Position numbers and translations under genes: made by a program. From assembly GCF_004010195.1 (NCBI RefSeq), contig NC_057720.1, positions 6,686,491-6,750,490 of the forward strand: a stretch of 64,000 bases of DNA. The letters are read 5' to 3'. The notes under the pieces were generated by a model. It was not told the origin of the DNA. It was given only the letters and a program-made list of their open reading frames with translations, and searched no databases. The stretch comes from Chiloscyllium plagiosum (taxonomy: Eukaryota). Numbering within the stretch: position 1 is the first letter of the stretch; each line of letters opens with the position of its first letter. This document shows, one piece after another, positions 23,925-38,133 of the stretch.

Positions 23925-26900
23925 TTAGGACATTAGTAAGGCCACTTCTGGCATACAGCATACAATTCTGATCTCTGTTCTACAGGAAGGATGTTGTGAA
24001 ACTTGAAAGGGCTCAGAAAAGATTTACAAGGATGTTGCCAGGGTTGGAAAGTTTGTACTAAAGGGAGAGGCTGAATAGGCTGGGGCTATTTTCCCTGGAG
24101 CGTTGGAGGCTGAGGCGTGACATTGTAGATGTTTACGAATTCATAAGGGGCATGGATAGGGTAAATAGAACAAAAGAACAGCACAGGAACAGGCCCTTCG
24201 GCCCTCCAAGCCTGTGCCGATCCAAATCCTCGATCTAAACCTGTCGCCTATTTTCTAAGGATAATAGACAATAGACAATAGGTGCAGGAGGAGGCCATTC
24301 TGCCCTTCGAGCCTGCACCACCATTCATTATGATCATGGCTGATCATCCTCAATCAGTATCCTGTTCCTGCCTTATCTCCATAACCCTTAATATTCCACT
24401 ATCCTTGAGAGCTCTATCCAACTCTTTCTTAAACAAATCCAGAGACTGGGCCTCCACTACCTTCTGGGGCAGAGCATTCCACACATCCACCACTCTCTGG
24501 GTGAAGAAGTTTCTCCTCATCTCTGTCCTAAATGGCTTACCCCGTATTTTTAAGCCATGTCCTCTGGTTCGGGACTCACCCATCAGCGGAAACATGTTTC
24601 CTGCCTCCAGAGTGTCCAATCCTTTAATAATCTTATACATCTCAATCAAATCCCCTCTCAGTCTTCTAAACTCAAGGGTATACTCACCATTAGATTAGAT
24701 TAGATTACATTACAGTGTGGAAACAGGCCCTTCGGCCCAACAAGTCCACACCGACCCGCCGAAGCACAACCCACCGATACCCCTACATATTCCCCTTACC
24801 TAACACTACGGGCAATTTAGCATGGCCAATTCACCTAACCTGCACATCTTTGGACTGTGGGAGGCAACCGGAGCACCCGGAGGAAACCCACGCAGACACG
24901 GGGAGAACATGCAAATTCCACACAGTCAGTCGCCTGAGGCGGGAATTGAACCCGGGTCTCCAGCGCTGTGAGGCAGCAGTGCTAACCACTGTGCCACCGT
25001 GCCGCCCACTACAAGCCCAGTCACTTCAATCTTTCAACATAAGATAGTCCTGCCATTCCAAGAATTGACCTCGTGAACCTACACTGCACTCCCTCAATAG
25101 CCAGAATGTCTTTCCTCAAATTTGGAGACCAGAGCTGCACACAATATTCTAGGTGCGGTCTCACTAGGGCCCTGTACAGCTGCAGAAGAACCTCTTTGCT
25201 TCTTTACTCAATCCCTCTTGTTATGAAGGCCAGCATGCTATTAGCCTTCTTCACTACCTGCTGTACCTGCATGCTTACCTTCATTGACTGGTGTACAAGA
25301 ACACCCAGATCTCTTTGTACTGCCCCTTTACCTAACTTGACTCTAATTAGGTAGTAATCTGCCTTCCTGTTCTTGCCACCAAAGTGGATAACCATACATT
25401 TATCCACATTAAACTGCATCTGCCATGCATCCGTCCACTCAACTAATCTTTCCAGGTCACCCTGTATTCTCCTCCTCACATTTCACCCTGCTGCCCAGCT
25501 TTGTATCATCAGCAAATTTGCTAATGTTACTATTAATACCATCTTCTATATCATTAATATATATTGTAAAAAGCTGTGGTCCCAGCACTGATCCCTGCAG
25601 CACACCACTGGTCACAGCCTGCCATTCAGAAATGGAGCCGTTTATCACTACTCTTTGTTTCCTGTCAGCCAACCAATTTTCAATCCAAGTCAGTACTTCG
25701 CCCCCAATACTATGCGCCCTAATTTTGCTCACTAACCTCCTATGTGGGACTTTATCAAAGGCTTTCTGAAAGTCCAGGTACACTACATCTACTGGATCTC
25801 CCTTGTCCATCTTCAGAGTTACATCCCTCTGCTCCCTGCCCATTCATGTATCTGTCTAGATACATCTTAAGTGACACTATTGTGCCTGCCTCTACCACCT
25901 CCTCTGGCAATGTGTTCCAGGCACCCACTGCTCTCTGCGTAAGAACTTTCCAAGTATATCTCCTCTAATCTTTTCCCCTCTCACTTTGAACTTGTGACCC
26001 CTAGTAATTGAGTCCCCCACTCTGGGGGAAAGCCTCTTGTTATCCACCCTGTCTATACCTCTTACGACTTTGTAGACCTCAATCAAGTACCTACTCAACT
26101 TCTGTCTTTCATTAGAAATCTACTCAACCTCTCCTCATAGCTAGCACTCTTTATACTGGGAAACATCCTGGTCAACCTCCTCTGCCCCCTCTCCAAAGCA
26201 TCCACATCCTTTTGGTAATGTAGCAACTAGAACTGTACGCAGTATTCCAAACGTGGTTGAACCAAAATCCTTTACAACTGTAATATGATCTGCCAACTCT
26301 AGTACTCAATACCCCATCTGATGAAGGAAAGCATGCCGAATGCCTTCTTGACCACTCTACTGACCTGCGTTGCCACCTTCAGGAAACAATGGACCTGAAC
26401 ACCCAGATCTTTCTGTAATCAATTTTCCCCTGCACTTTTCCATTTTCTGTATAGTTTGCTCTTGAACGGGATCTTCCAAAGTGCATCACCTCACATTTGC
26501 CCGGATTGAATTCCATCTGCCACTTCTCTGCTCAACTCTCCAGTCTATCTATATTCTGCTTTATTCTCTGACAGTCCCCTTCACTATCTGCTACTCCACC
26601 AATCTTAGTGTCATCTGCAAACTTGCTAATCAGACCACTTATACCTTCCTTCAAATCATTTATGTATATCACAAACAATAGTGGTCCCAGCACGAATCTC
26701 TGTGGGACACCACTGGTCACAGTTCTCCATTTTGAGGAACTCCCTTCCACTACTACTCTCTGTCTCCTGTTGCCCAGCTAGTTCTTTATCCAGCTCACTA
26801 GTACATCCTGGACAGCATAAGACTTCACTGTCACCATCAGCCTACTATGGGGAACCTTATCAAATGCCTTACTAAAACTCATGTATATGACATCTACAGT

Positions 26901-27275
26901 CCTTCCCTCATCAATTAACTTCATCACTCCCTCAAAGAATTCTATTAAGTTGGTAAGTCATGACCTTCCCTGTACAAAACAAGGTCTTTTTCTGAGGGTG
27001 GGGAAGTCCAAATCTCGAGGGCATAGGTTAAGGTGAGACGGGATGGATTTAGAAAGGACCTGAGGAGTAACTTTTTCACACAGAGGGTGGTGCGTGATTG
27101 GAACGAGAGGCGGGTACAATTACAACATTTAAAAGGCATCTGTATGGGTATATGACGGGTTTCGAGCAGTTAAGGCCAAATTTTGTCAAATGGGACTAGG
27201 TCAGATTGGGAAGTCCGGTTGTGTGGATGAGTTGGATTGAAGGGTCTGTTTCCATAATGGATGACTCTATGACTG
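23925..27275. mobile_element. Nested CR1 cluster: plus CR1 > minus CR1 > minus CR1 > SINE (24690-25007)
   Basis: Each host resumes collinearly after its insert; RT motifs YLDFQKAFDKVPH, GVLQGSVLGP, KFADDTK on the minus strand. Confidence 0.88.
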
Positions 27276-28946
27276 TATGACCATATTGTATTCCTTCACT
27301 GTTACTGAGTCAAAGTCTTGGAATTCCCTTCCTAATTACATTGTGGGTAAGCTCACAGCATATGGACTACAGTGGCTCAAGAAACCAACTCTCCATCACC
27401 CTCTCAAGGGGCAACTAGGTTCGGTCAATAAATGCTGCCAAGCCAACAACACTCAGATTCCATTACTTAACTATCAACATCCTGATGGTTACCATTGACC
27501 AGACACTGAACTGAACTAAGTATATAACATTCAGAATACCATAGGACCATAAGATTACAGGAACAGAATTAGGCCATTCAGCCCATCGGGTCTGCTTCAA
27601 CATTCAATTGTGGCTGATATACTCAATGGCCTGGCCCTCACAAGCCTCTGCAGCAATGAATTCAACAGATCCTTCACCTTCTGGCTGAAGAAGGTCCTCC
27701 TTATCGCATATCAATCTTTTTACCATGGAGAAAGAAATGGAGGCTAGAGAACTCGGGGAAATAAATATTGATTTGAAAACAGTTCACATTACAGAAGAGG
27801 TAGTGCTGGAGGGCTTAGAAAACATAAAGGCTGATAAATCTCCAGGACCTGATCAGGAGTATCCCAGGATGTTGTGGGAAGCTAAAGAAGAAATTGTGGG
27901 GCCCCTAGCAGAGATAGTTGTGTCATTTACAACCACAGGTGAGATGCCAGAGGACTGGAGGGTGGCTAATGTTGTGCCTTTATGTAAGAAAGGCAGTGAG
28001 GAAAAACCTGGAAACTACAGACATATGAACCTGACATCAGTGCTGGGGAAGTTGTTGGAGGTCTTTCGAAAAGATCGGATTTGCATGCATTTGGAGAGGC
28101 AAGGACTGCTTAAGGATAGTCAGCATGGTTTTGTGTAAGGGAAATCATGTCCTGTGACTGAGTATTTTAGAACATAGAATATAGAAGAATACAGCGCAGT
28201 ACAGGCCCTTCGGCCCTCGATGTTGCGCCGATCCAAGCCCACCTAACCTACACTAGCCCACTATCCTCCATATGCCTATGCAATGCCCACTTAAATGCCC
28301 ATAATGAGGGAGAGTCCACCACTGCTACTGGCAGGGCATTCCATGAACTCACGACTCGCTGAGTAAAGAACCTACCCCTAACATCTGTCCTATACCTACC
28401 CCCCCTTAATTTAAAGCTATGCCCCCTTTTGAAGAAGTAACCAGAAAGATTGATGAGGGCAGAGCAGTAGACTTTGTTTACATGGACTTTGGTAAAGCCT
28501 TTGACAAGGTTCTGCATGGTAGATTAATAAGTAAAGGTTAATGGTAGATTAATGAGTAAAGTTAGCTCACATGGGATTTAGAGTGAGCTTGCCAATTGGA
28601 TGCAAAATTGGCTTGATAGTAGGAGACAGAAGGTGGTGGTGGAGAGTTGCTTTTCAGACTGCAGGCCTGTGACCAGTGGTGTGCCACAAGGATTAGCACG
28701 GCATCTACTACCTTCCAACATTTATATAAATGATATGAATGAGATTATAGGAGATATTGTAAGTTTGCAGATAATACCAGAATTCATGGTAGAGTGGACA
28801 GCAAAGAAGGGTTATCTAAGATTACAACGGGATCTTAATCAATTGGACCAAGAGGTTGGGGAGTGGCAGATGGAGTTTAATTTGGATAAATGCGAGGTGT
28901 TGCACTTTGGTAAAAAAGACAAGGGCAGGAGTTATATAGTTAATGG

Positions 28947-29945
28947 CTTGGCTGGTGGTGAGAAGGGCTCTGCCTGTGAGATCCTTTATGCACGCCCGGA
29001 TTCTCAGCCGCACCGCACGCTGCCCTCGAAGCGGCTGCAGGGGGGACGAGACTGTCACACACCTCCTTCTGGAATGTGCCTATGCAGAGGAAGTCTGGAG
29101 AGGAATGCAGTGGTGTTTGTCGAGGTTCGTCCCGAGCAGCGCCGTGACGCGGGACTCCGTGCTCTACGGCCTGTCCCCCGGGACGCACACCAAGACGAAC
29201 ATCAACTGTGCCTGGAGAATCAGCAACTCGGTGAAGGACGCTCTCTGGGCGGTCCGAAACCTGNNNNNNNNNNNNNNNNNNNNNNNNNNNNNNNNNNNNN
29301 NNNNNNNNNNNNNNNNNNNNNNNNNNNNNNNNNNNNNNNNNNNNNNNNNNNNNNNNNNNNNNNNNNNNNNNNNNNNNNNNNNNNNNNNNNNNNNNNNNNN
29401 NNNNNNNNNNNNNNNNNNNNNNNNNNNNNNNNNNNNNNNNNNNNNNNNNNNNNNNNNNNNNNNNNNNNNNNNNNNNNNNNNNNNNNNNNNNNNNNNNNNN
29501 NNNNNNNNNNNNNNNNNNNNNNNNNNNNNNNNNNNNNAGGATCATCAACTCAGTGAAGGACGCTCTCTGGGTGGTCCGAAACCTGCTGATCTTCCAGCTG
29601 AAGGAGTTGACCCCGACTGAGTGTTGCAGACTGGCACATTCCAAGGTCCAGGACTACGTGTTGAGGGATGCGCTGAAGCTTGGGGCAGCTGCCGTCAAGG
29701 CGCGGTGGGGAAAGACCACCGTGTAAAGTCTGCCTGCCTAACGAAGAACAGGGGGCCCATGCAGTCATTTGGGCTCTGCTGACGCCTCAGCTAATTATAG
29801 GGGCATATGATCAAAAAAATGTACAGACCTGTATAAAAATGATAAGTTTTGATCTCTGTATGTACATATTTACATATGTATAGCATGACCAATTGTACAG
29901 ACCAAATTATTTTATGAATAAAGTATATTTTTGAAATAAAAAAAA
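28947..29945 (+). mobile_element. Tx1/L1-clade non-LTR retrotransposon 3' end (zf-RVT), 5'-truncated
   Basis: WLVVRRALPVR...CPRSGC...ETVTHLLLEC...VW zinc finger; stop at 29724-29726; AATAAA and poly(A); TSD agttaatgg (28938-28946 / 29946-29954). Confidence 0.88.
29264..29537. other. Assembly gap
   Basis: Run of N. Confidence 1.
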
Positions 29946-30703
29946 AGTTAATGGTCAGGCCCTGGGTCATGTTGTAGAACAGAGAGACCTCAGAGTGCAG
30001 GTTCATAATTCTTTAAAAAATTGAGTCAGAGGTAGATGGGGTGGTTAAGAAAGTGTTTAGCACACTTGTCTTCATTGCTCAGACCTTTGAGTATGGGAGT
30101 TGGAAAGTCCTGTTGAGGTTGTATAGGACATTGGTCAGGCCTCTTCTAGAATACTGTGTCCAGTTCTGGTCACCCTATTATAGGAAGGACATTATTAATT
30201 TGGAGAGGGTACAGAAAAGACTCCGCAGGATGTTATTGGGAATGGAGGGTTTGTGTTATAAAAATAGGCTGGGACTTCTTTTCATTGGAGCGTAGAAGGT
30301 TGAGACATGATCTTATAGAGGTTTATAAAATCTCGACGGGCACAGATAAGGTGAATAGCAAGGGTCCTTCCTCTTGGGCAGGGGATTTCAAAACAAAGTG
30401 GCATATTTATAGGTGAGAGGAGAAAATTTGAAAAAGGACATGAGGAGCAATGTTTTTACAAAGAGAGTGGGTGGAATGACCTGCCAGAAGTAGTGATGGG
30501 CACAGATACAGTCACAACATTGAAAAATATTTGGATAAGTACATGAATAGGAAAGGTTTGGTGGGATGTGGGCCAAATGCAGGCAAGTGGATGAGATGGG
30601 CCGAAGGGTCTACTTCCAAGCTGTATATTCTATGATTTGATAGCTGATCATGGCTGAATTTGGGGTAAAGTATAGTTCTGCATTTTAGACAAAGAAACAA
30701 AGA

Positions 30704-31225
30704 AATTACAACATTTAAAAGGCACCTGGATGGGTGTATGATCAGGAAGGGTTAGAGGGATATGGGCCAAATGTTGGCCAAAAGGACTGGATTAGTTTAG
30801 GATATCTGGTCAGCATGGATGAGTTGGACCGAAGAATCTGTTTCCATGATGTACATCTCTATGACTCTATGACTAAATTAGAAGCAGAAATAGGCCATTC
30901 AGCCCTTTGAGCCTCCTTCACAATTTAATATGATCATAGCTGGGCATCCTATTCAGACCCCTGTTCCTGCTTTCTCCCATTACTCATTGATCCCTTTCTC
31001 CCTAAGAATGGTATTTAACCACTTCTTGAAAGCATTCAATATTTTGGCCTCAACTGTTTGGTTTGGCAGAGAGTTCCACAGGTTTACTATTTTCTGAGTG
31101 AAGAAATTTCTCCTCATTTCAGTCCTAAATAGCGGAACCCACTTCCTTAGAATGTGACCCTTGGCTCTGGAGGCTCAGGTCATTGGGAGCATCCTTCTTG
31201 CGCTTATACTGCATAGTCCTGATTA
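30704..31225. mobile_element. Two CR1 tails (plus 30704-30872, minus 30875-31225)
   Basis: (atgactct) tail; antisense aagaaatttctcctcatttc. Confidence 0.8.
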
Positions 31226-32860
31226 ACTCAAAGCATATGAAGATTTTTCAGATAATTGGTCATCACAGCGTTAATGAATTATTGATCTCTGTTAGAAGAT
31301 GTAAGTGAAGTGAGTACTGTTCAGTGGGCTTTCAGAATTACAGAATTCTTACAATGCATTTCAGGTAGAAGTCAAAGTTTGCTAAAATCAGAACTCGTAT
31401 CCCTTTGATTATATATGACTCAGTGGTTTAAAATCAGATGATAGGGTAAATACAAACATGAAACAATTTTTTGCATTGTGCAAATGTTAAACTAGAACTT
31501 GGTTGCTCAATGGTGATATCACACATTTGTATGGATCGAATTATTTCCCAGTAAAATAATTGTTGAAGCTGGGCATCGATTGAAAGCTTCAGAACTGAGA
31601 TTGATGGATTTCTATCTGAGGCAGAAGTCCAGAAGCAAAGTACTTCAATGAGGGTGAAAGTACAGATGAGCTATGGTCTAATGGAATGATAGAATTTGGC
31701 GTCCTCGAGATCCTACATGCAGAAATTGGAGCGTGCAGTTGTTTTGTGTCTATAGATTTCAAGTAATTGCAAGCATTAACTCATAGCAACTGTCTAGAAT
31801 GTCACAACATGAAGGGATCTCAATATGTAGTCATGCACAGACAGTTTTGCAACACGAAGCTGCTACTGAAATGAATGACCCTCCCTTCAGCCTAGAATTC
31901 TTAACAGCCTGATGGATACCAAGAATAACTGAATCTGAACACAGAGCTGGAGGGGATATTACACCTTGGTGGCAGAAAAAAAAAGAAAGAAAATCAAGTC
32001 AACTTTGGAATCAAGTATTGTCAACGACACAGTACAGCTGTATGTCAAATGTAATCATTTCACCGATCCACTGTAATCTCAGAAAAGGCAGCTTCCTGCT
32101 TAAAACCATGGTCCTTGCTTCCATCATCAGGTCTATACTCAAATGTGAAAAATATATTGCTGTTAGATCGAGGTTTGGGATAATGAACGTGGTGAAATGT
32201 GGGGCTAGAGGAAAGGTAAAGAAGGGACATTTGCTATTCACAATGGCTAAATGGCTTATTAATGTGGCCACTCTCCCACTTTGAAAACAGACTTGCAAAA
32301 ATCTGAGAAATGTACCATGGTGACTTGTACAGGTTCCTTGGACAGCCCCCTCCAAGCCCACACAAATGACCATCTCAGACAATAAGGGCAGTAGCAGGTA
32401 CATGGGAACATCACCCCCTGCAAGTCCCTCTCCAAGCCATTCATCAACCTGACTTGCAAATACGTTCATTCATGGTCGCTGGGTCAAAATCCTTCCCTAA
32501 CAACACAGGGAGAGTGTACTGACACAGCATGTGGACTGCAGTGATTCAAAAAGACAGCCCACCAGCACCTTCTGAAAGGCAACCAGGACTGGATAACAAC
32601 AAATGGATCAAACAAAAGCCTCACTCCAGGATTTCAGCAGCTAGCTCCGGCTGGTACTTCTGTTTCACGCTGAGGGAATGCTACAGTTCCACAGGAGCAA
32701 TCTGTTAGGGAAGAGGCAACAAATCTTCACTTCAGTCTGAGTGAACATAAAAGGTCATACACTATTGGCTTCAAATGGAGCAGCAACTGCACTGAGGGTC
32801 CTAGCTGAAATCCATCTTTCAAACAACAGGCAGAGTAATTGTATGGTAAAAACGAGGTAA

Positions 32861-33160
32861 ATGATGAAGGGCTTTTGCCCGAAACGTCGATTTTGCCTGT
32901 CCTCGGATGCTGCCTGAATTGCTGTGCTCTTCCAGCACCACTGATCCAGAGTAATTGTATGGTCCACTGTCTCATTTACTATGTAACAAATGTTAGTTGG
33001 ATTGATCATGCTAAATTGCCCATAGCGTCCAGGAATGTGCAGGTGGATTAGCCATAGGAAATACAGGGTTCTAGGGATAGGGTAGGGTGAGATGCTCTTC
33101 GGGAGATCAGTGTGGACTTGATGGGCTGAATGGCCTGCTTCCACACTGTAGGGATTCTAT
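32861..33160 (+). mobile_element. Family A element (32861-32950) followed by a V-SINE 3' half
   Basis: tgatgaagggcttttgcccgaaacgtcgatt; catgctaaattgcccatag. Confidence 0.8.
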
Positions 33161-33659
33161 TATCACAATTGCCCACAGCGACTGCATTTTGAAAGTTGTA
33201 CATTATGGCAAAGCACTATCGTTTGTTTTTTAGTTCATTTTTGGGATTTGGGATTTGCTCCTTGAGAAGGTGATGGTGAGCTACCTTCTTGAACTGAATC
33301 AGTCTATGTGCTATAGGTTGACTCACAATGCACTTGTGTAAGGAGGATAAATTCCCTTCCCTCGTGAACTAGATTATTTTTCTCACAATCAACAACACTT
33401 CACGGTCATCATTTGACTCTGCCAGATTTTTAATGGATTTGAATTTCACCATCTGCCTTATCAAGATTTGAATTCATGTGCTGAGAACATTACCTGGATC
33501 TCTGGATTAATAATCAAGTGACAACAGCATTAGAGCCACCACAGCATCTGAAGTGGACTGGCAGATATTTTGGCTCAGATGCAGTCTACAGAAATCTAAC
33601 AACATTGATTAGTGAGCAGTGATCTAAATTACTGCAGAAATAATTAATGCCTCTCAAAT

Positions 33660-34200
33660 TGTCCAACTTGGACTATTTCAACCCTCCCAATTGCATATCG
33701 GTGTGCCACCAACTCTGCTGGGTCTGTCTTGCAGAGGACAGGACATACGTAGGGATGGTGGGTGGTGTCTGGGACATCGTCTGTTAGGTATGATTCCGTG
33801 TGTATGACTGCGTCAGGCTGTTGCTTGGCTGGTCTGTGAGACAGCTCTCCCAATGTTGGCACTGGTCCCCAGATGGTAGTGAGGAGGACTTTGCAGGGTC
33901 GAAAAGGCTGTTTCTGCCCTCGTCTTTTCCAGTGCTTAGGTCAATGCCACATGATCTGTATTTGTTTCTTTGAGATTTTGTAGCGATTGATGCAACTGAG
34001 TGGCTTGCTAGTCTGTTTCAGAGGGAAATGTGAGTCAACCACATTGATGTGGATCTGGAGTCACTTGTAGGCCAGTTAGGTTGGCAGATTTCCTTCTCTG
34101 AAGGACATTAGTGACCCAGATGGGTTTTTCTGACATCTGACAATATTTCATGCCTAACTGTATCTTCCTAATTCCAGATTTTTTCATTGAAATTCAAATT
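33660..34200 (-). mobile_element. 5' part of the second LINE family: upstream region and start of an APE-like endonuclease
   Basis: LGELSHRPAKQQPDAVIHTESYL resembles the APE N-terminus; upstream region matches the tRNA-headed SINE body. Confidence 0.65.
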
Positions 34201-35179
34201 CAATTTTAAAAAATTCTGGAATTAAGAATCTACAGTTAGTCATGAAACCATTGTCAATTGCCAGAAAAAGAGGATAATTTTAACAGACAAAGCACAAGTC
34301 TGAATCCTTTTAAGGGAAGGTGATGACTTTTGCCTGTTTGGGACATTGCCATAGACTCATTCTCTAAAAGAATTTTGACCATTTTTCTCCAAGAACTGAC
34401 CTGATGAATTCTTCTTCCCAGAAATGATGAAGACGTGGTGATGGGTGATGCATCAAATTCAGTCAGGTGAGTATGCAGAGTGTTATTCTCCTTCCACTGA
34501 AATGGAGTTCAAGCTAATGTCATGTTTTCTCTTTAAACAGCTTAGTCTATCACTCAGATTGTTATATTTTTCCATCTAATAAAAATTTCTAAGCCAGAGT
34601 ACAGTTGTAGATCAAATAAAGGGCACATTTCCAATCCAATTGACCAGCTCAAAGATTTTGGTGACAGTCTGACAGGATGACCTTTACAGTAACTTTATTT
34701 GCAGTGATGGTTATTGATAAAATTCTCTCGTACCCAAAATGGGGAACATTACGAGTCAAGTCAAAGTTTGACGATGGTTTAATTTTTAATAACAACAGGA
34801 CATGCCAAGGTCCAGTACAGCTGTAGGGGTCATTTTTAGGACTTCCTGTCCATTATGTCAATCACATGTTTTGTTTTCATGTAAAGGACAATTTTTCTGC
34901 CACAAATATCGTTAATTCAATTCAGCAGGATGGGTTTTATGGGAACAAGTTTGGGTTTTAACAGCCCTGATCCCCCCAGGTCCTACTAAGGCTTAATCAA
35001 TATGTTAAAATGTGTCCCAAACTCTGCTGAGTGGTTGGTCTGTAAAATTAGTTATTGATGAACAGGACAGGGAGGCCACTCGTAGTTCTTCAACATCTTC
35101 AAATGGGCAGATAAAATATTAAACATCTTCCTGTACAGTCACGAGGAGAAAAAAGGTTTCCCCTAGACTTAAAGGGCAT

Positions 35180-36115
35180 AACCATAGATTACAGAACAGT
35201 TAAGCACATGGACGGGCCCTTCGGCCCACGATATTGTGCCAAACATGACACCAAATTAAACTAATCCCTTCTGCCTGCCCTTGTCCATATCCCTCCATTC
35301 TTTCCATATTCATGTGCTTATCTAACATCTCTTAAACTCCCCGATGTTATTTGCCTCCACCACCACTCCTGGCAGCTTGTTCCAGACTCCTACCATTCTC
35401 TGGGCAAAAGACATGCTCCTCACATCTCCTTTGAACTTTCCCCTCTCACCTTGAATGCATGCCCCCCCAGTTTAAACTCTGGGAAAAAGATTCTGACTGT
35501 CAACCCTGCCTTTATAAACTTCTATCAAGTCTCCCCTCAGCCTCCACTGTTCCAGAGAAATCAGCCTGAGTTTCTCTAGCCTCTCCTTATAGCTCATACC
35601 CTCTAATCCTGGTAAACCTCTCTGCACCCTTTCCAAAACCTCCACATCCTTCCTGTAATGTGGCAACCAGAATTGAATGCAATCCTTTAAGTGTGGCCTA
35701 ACCAAAGTCTTATAAAGCTGTAACATGACATCCTGACTTTTGTACTCAGTTCCCCAATTCATAAAGACAAGCATGCATTACACCTTCTTTACCACCCTAT
35801 TCTCTTGGGTGGCCACTTTAAGGGAGCCATGAACTTGAACCCCAAGACCATGCTGCTGAGGGTCTGGCCATTCACAGTATTTTTCTTAGCAGTTGATTTC
35901 CCAAAGTGCAACACTTCACACTTACCTGTATCAAACTCTATCTGCTATTTCTCCACCAATAGCTGTAACTGATCAATATCCCATTGTATCCTTTGACAAT
36001 CTTCTATACTATCCCCAACTCCACCAATCTTTGCATCGTCTGTAACTTACCTTCACTAACAACAGCGGCACAAGTATGGATCCCTGCGTAACACCATGGG
36101 TCACAGACCTCCATC
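35180..36115 (-). mobile_element. CR1-clade LINE 3' fragment
   Basis: LYKTLVRPHLKDCIQFW...RLRGDLIEVYK. Confidence 0.9.
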
Positions 36116-37014
36116 CATACTCAGAAACGATTTCAACAATCATCTCCTCACACCTCAACTCCCAAAAAGCGCTGGCTCACTCGTCCTGAAATAGTCTCCC
36201 CTCAATGAATGAGTCAGTTTGTGTAAACTCATCCAGCAGCTTACTCTGAAAACGGAGCTGATTGCTCATGGCCAATCTCTCAGTACCCCAGAAGTCTTAG
36301 TTGGGTGCAGTATGAGCTGTAGATCTAGGGAGCATCAAATGTGCCAAGAAAGACTAAAGAGCAACATATCAGCTGACTCAATTTTCTTTCAAAAGCTGCT
36401 GAGATTTTCTTCAGCACTTTATGCCAGATTCCAAATGTTATAAATCATTTCAAACTAGAAAACTTTAGAAATGCAAGGCATCTGAATTGAGGACAGGCCA
36501 GGCTGAAGTCTTCAAGTGACGGGTTATGAAGGGACCCTGTCCGAACTCTTACTCTGCAGAGTGTGGAATGACTGAATCCTTTAAAGAGAAATTTTGAGAT
36601 TTTCTGGAAGTGAAATGAACAGGAAAAACTTTTCAGCTCCCAGAAAGGATTGAATTTCTTGTTGAGACCTGAGTGATCAGGATGATTTCCTTAAGAAGTA
36701 AAAACAGAATCATTTCACTGCGCTGCCATTAAATGGAAGCCCCTGAACAATGTAACAATGTGACAGATACTGATGAGGTTGTCAACAAAGATTAGGGAAG
36801 TTTGAAAGGAGATACTGAAGGTTTTAAATCTGAAGCAGAAAATTATACATTGGGACACTTGAGCTTCCAAGTGAACTGTATATCGGGTAAATTCATGACA
36901 GTGAGAATCTCACTTTTTGGTCCAGTTATTCAGCTTGACCTTAGATGCCCCGTGCCCACCGCTTTACCACCTCAGAGAGATGGTAAGTAAAGAAAATGAA
37001 AAGATAAAAATGAA

Positions 37015-37268
37015 ATTAGACTAGATACAGTGTGGAAACAGGCCCTTCAGCCTAACCAACCCTCTGAAGAGGAACCCATCCCCCTCTGCCTAATGCACCT
37101 AACACTATGGGCAAGTTAGCATTGTCAATTCACCTGACCAGCACATCTTTGGACTGTGGGAGGAAACCCACACAGAATGTGCAAACCCCACACAGACAGT
37201 CACCCGAGGCTAGAATTGAACCTGGGATGCTTGTGATGTGAGGCAGCAGTGCTAACCACTGAGCCACC
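37015..37268 (-). mobile_element. V-domain SINE
   Basis: gtgaggcagcagtgctaaccactgagccacc. Confidence 0.85.
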
Positions 37269-37469
37269 TCTGAGACTAGCACAAGTCTACCTGGAGTTTT
37301 ATTGGACTCATTCCAAATGCATAGAGTTAATGTCTCGATGATGTTCACTGGTACTAGGGTGAGCGAAAATACAGAAACCAAGACAGAAGTAATCCCAGAC
37401 TGTGGAGGAGGGAGGGTTAAGATGCCATTTAACTGTTGAGTGACAGTGATTTATTAGTTATGGTTATGG

Positions 37470-37690
37470 GGGATAGTTAGCTCAATTGGCTGGGCGGCTA
37501 GTTTCTGATGCGTGGCAACGCCAACAATGCGGGTTCAATTCCCACACCATGAAGATCCCAGCTTCTCAACCTCTCCCCTCACCTGAGGCATGGTGATCCT
37601 TAGGTTAAGCCCCCATCAGTTGTCTCTCTCTCTCTCTTGAATGAGCCAGCAGCCCTATGGTCCATTGAGACTCTGAAGACTTTACCCTAG
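37470..37690 (+). mobile_element. Third tRNA-derived SINE family (also ~19590-19750, 60165-60410, 62765-62945)
   Basis: tagctcaattgg A box, ggttcaattcc B box, shared ttctcaacctctcccctcacctgagg body. Confidence 0.7.
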
Positions 37691-38004
37691 CTATGAGAAC
37701 CAAGCTAGTAATGCAGAAGTCATGATTTCAATTGATAGTGTTAGGTTCTGAATAAGTAGCTGATGAAGTGCAGACTGAGGCCAGTTTCCACACTGGCTCA
37801 CAACATAGAGTGAAACCTTCCAAACACAACCTTCCTCAGGTTCCAATGTCTTTCTCTCATTTTTTATTAATCAGGCTGTTGAAACATGTTACAATACACC
37901 TCAACCACACGCTGAGACCTGCTAGGCTCAAGGCAGGGACACTTTCCCAAGGCACCTGATATCTCCTCGATAAATTGCCTTCATTCAAGCTGTTTATGAC
38001 ATAT

Positions 38005-38133
38005 AGGTGAAAGTGAGGACTGCAAATGCTGGAGATCAGATTTGAGAGTGTGGTGCTGGAAAAGCACAGCAGGTCAGGCAGCATTCGAGGAGCAGGAGAA
38101 TCAATGTTCCAGGCAAAAGCCCTTATTCAGGAA
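38005..38133 (-). mobile_element. Family A short element with perfect 15-bp TSD
   Basis: ctgtttatgacatat at 37990-38004 and 38134-38148. Confidence 0.88.

Larger units (their letters stand above)
27705..30640 (+). mobile_element. CR1-clade LINE ORF2 (decayed) with a nested CR1 tail (28168-28430, minus) and a Tx1-like insert
   Basis: KSPGPDQEYPRML...PEDWRVANVVPLCKKG...PGNYR; SGVPQG; LYRTLVRPLLEYCVQFWSP. Confidence 0.93.

Noticed and set aside
28516..28564. 25-bp direct duplication in CR1
   Set aside because: Ordinary slippage in dead TE sequence
28600..29644. Long ORFs of 225-318 aa
   Set aside because: Inflated by the N gap and fused across the CR1/Tx1 junction
32012..32026. 15-bp match caagtattgtcaacg shared with ~44018
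   Set aside because: Matches of this length are expected by chance in 64 kb and the flanks do not align
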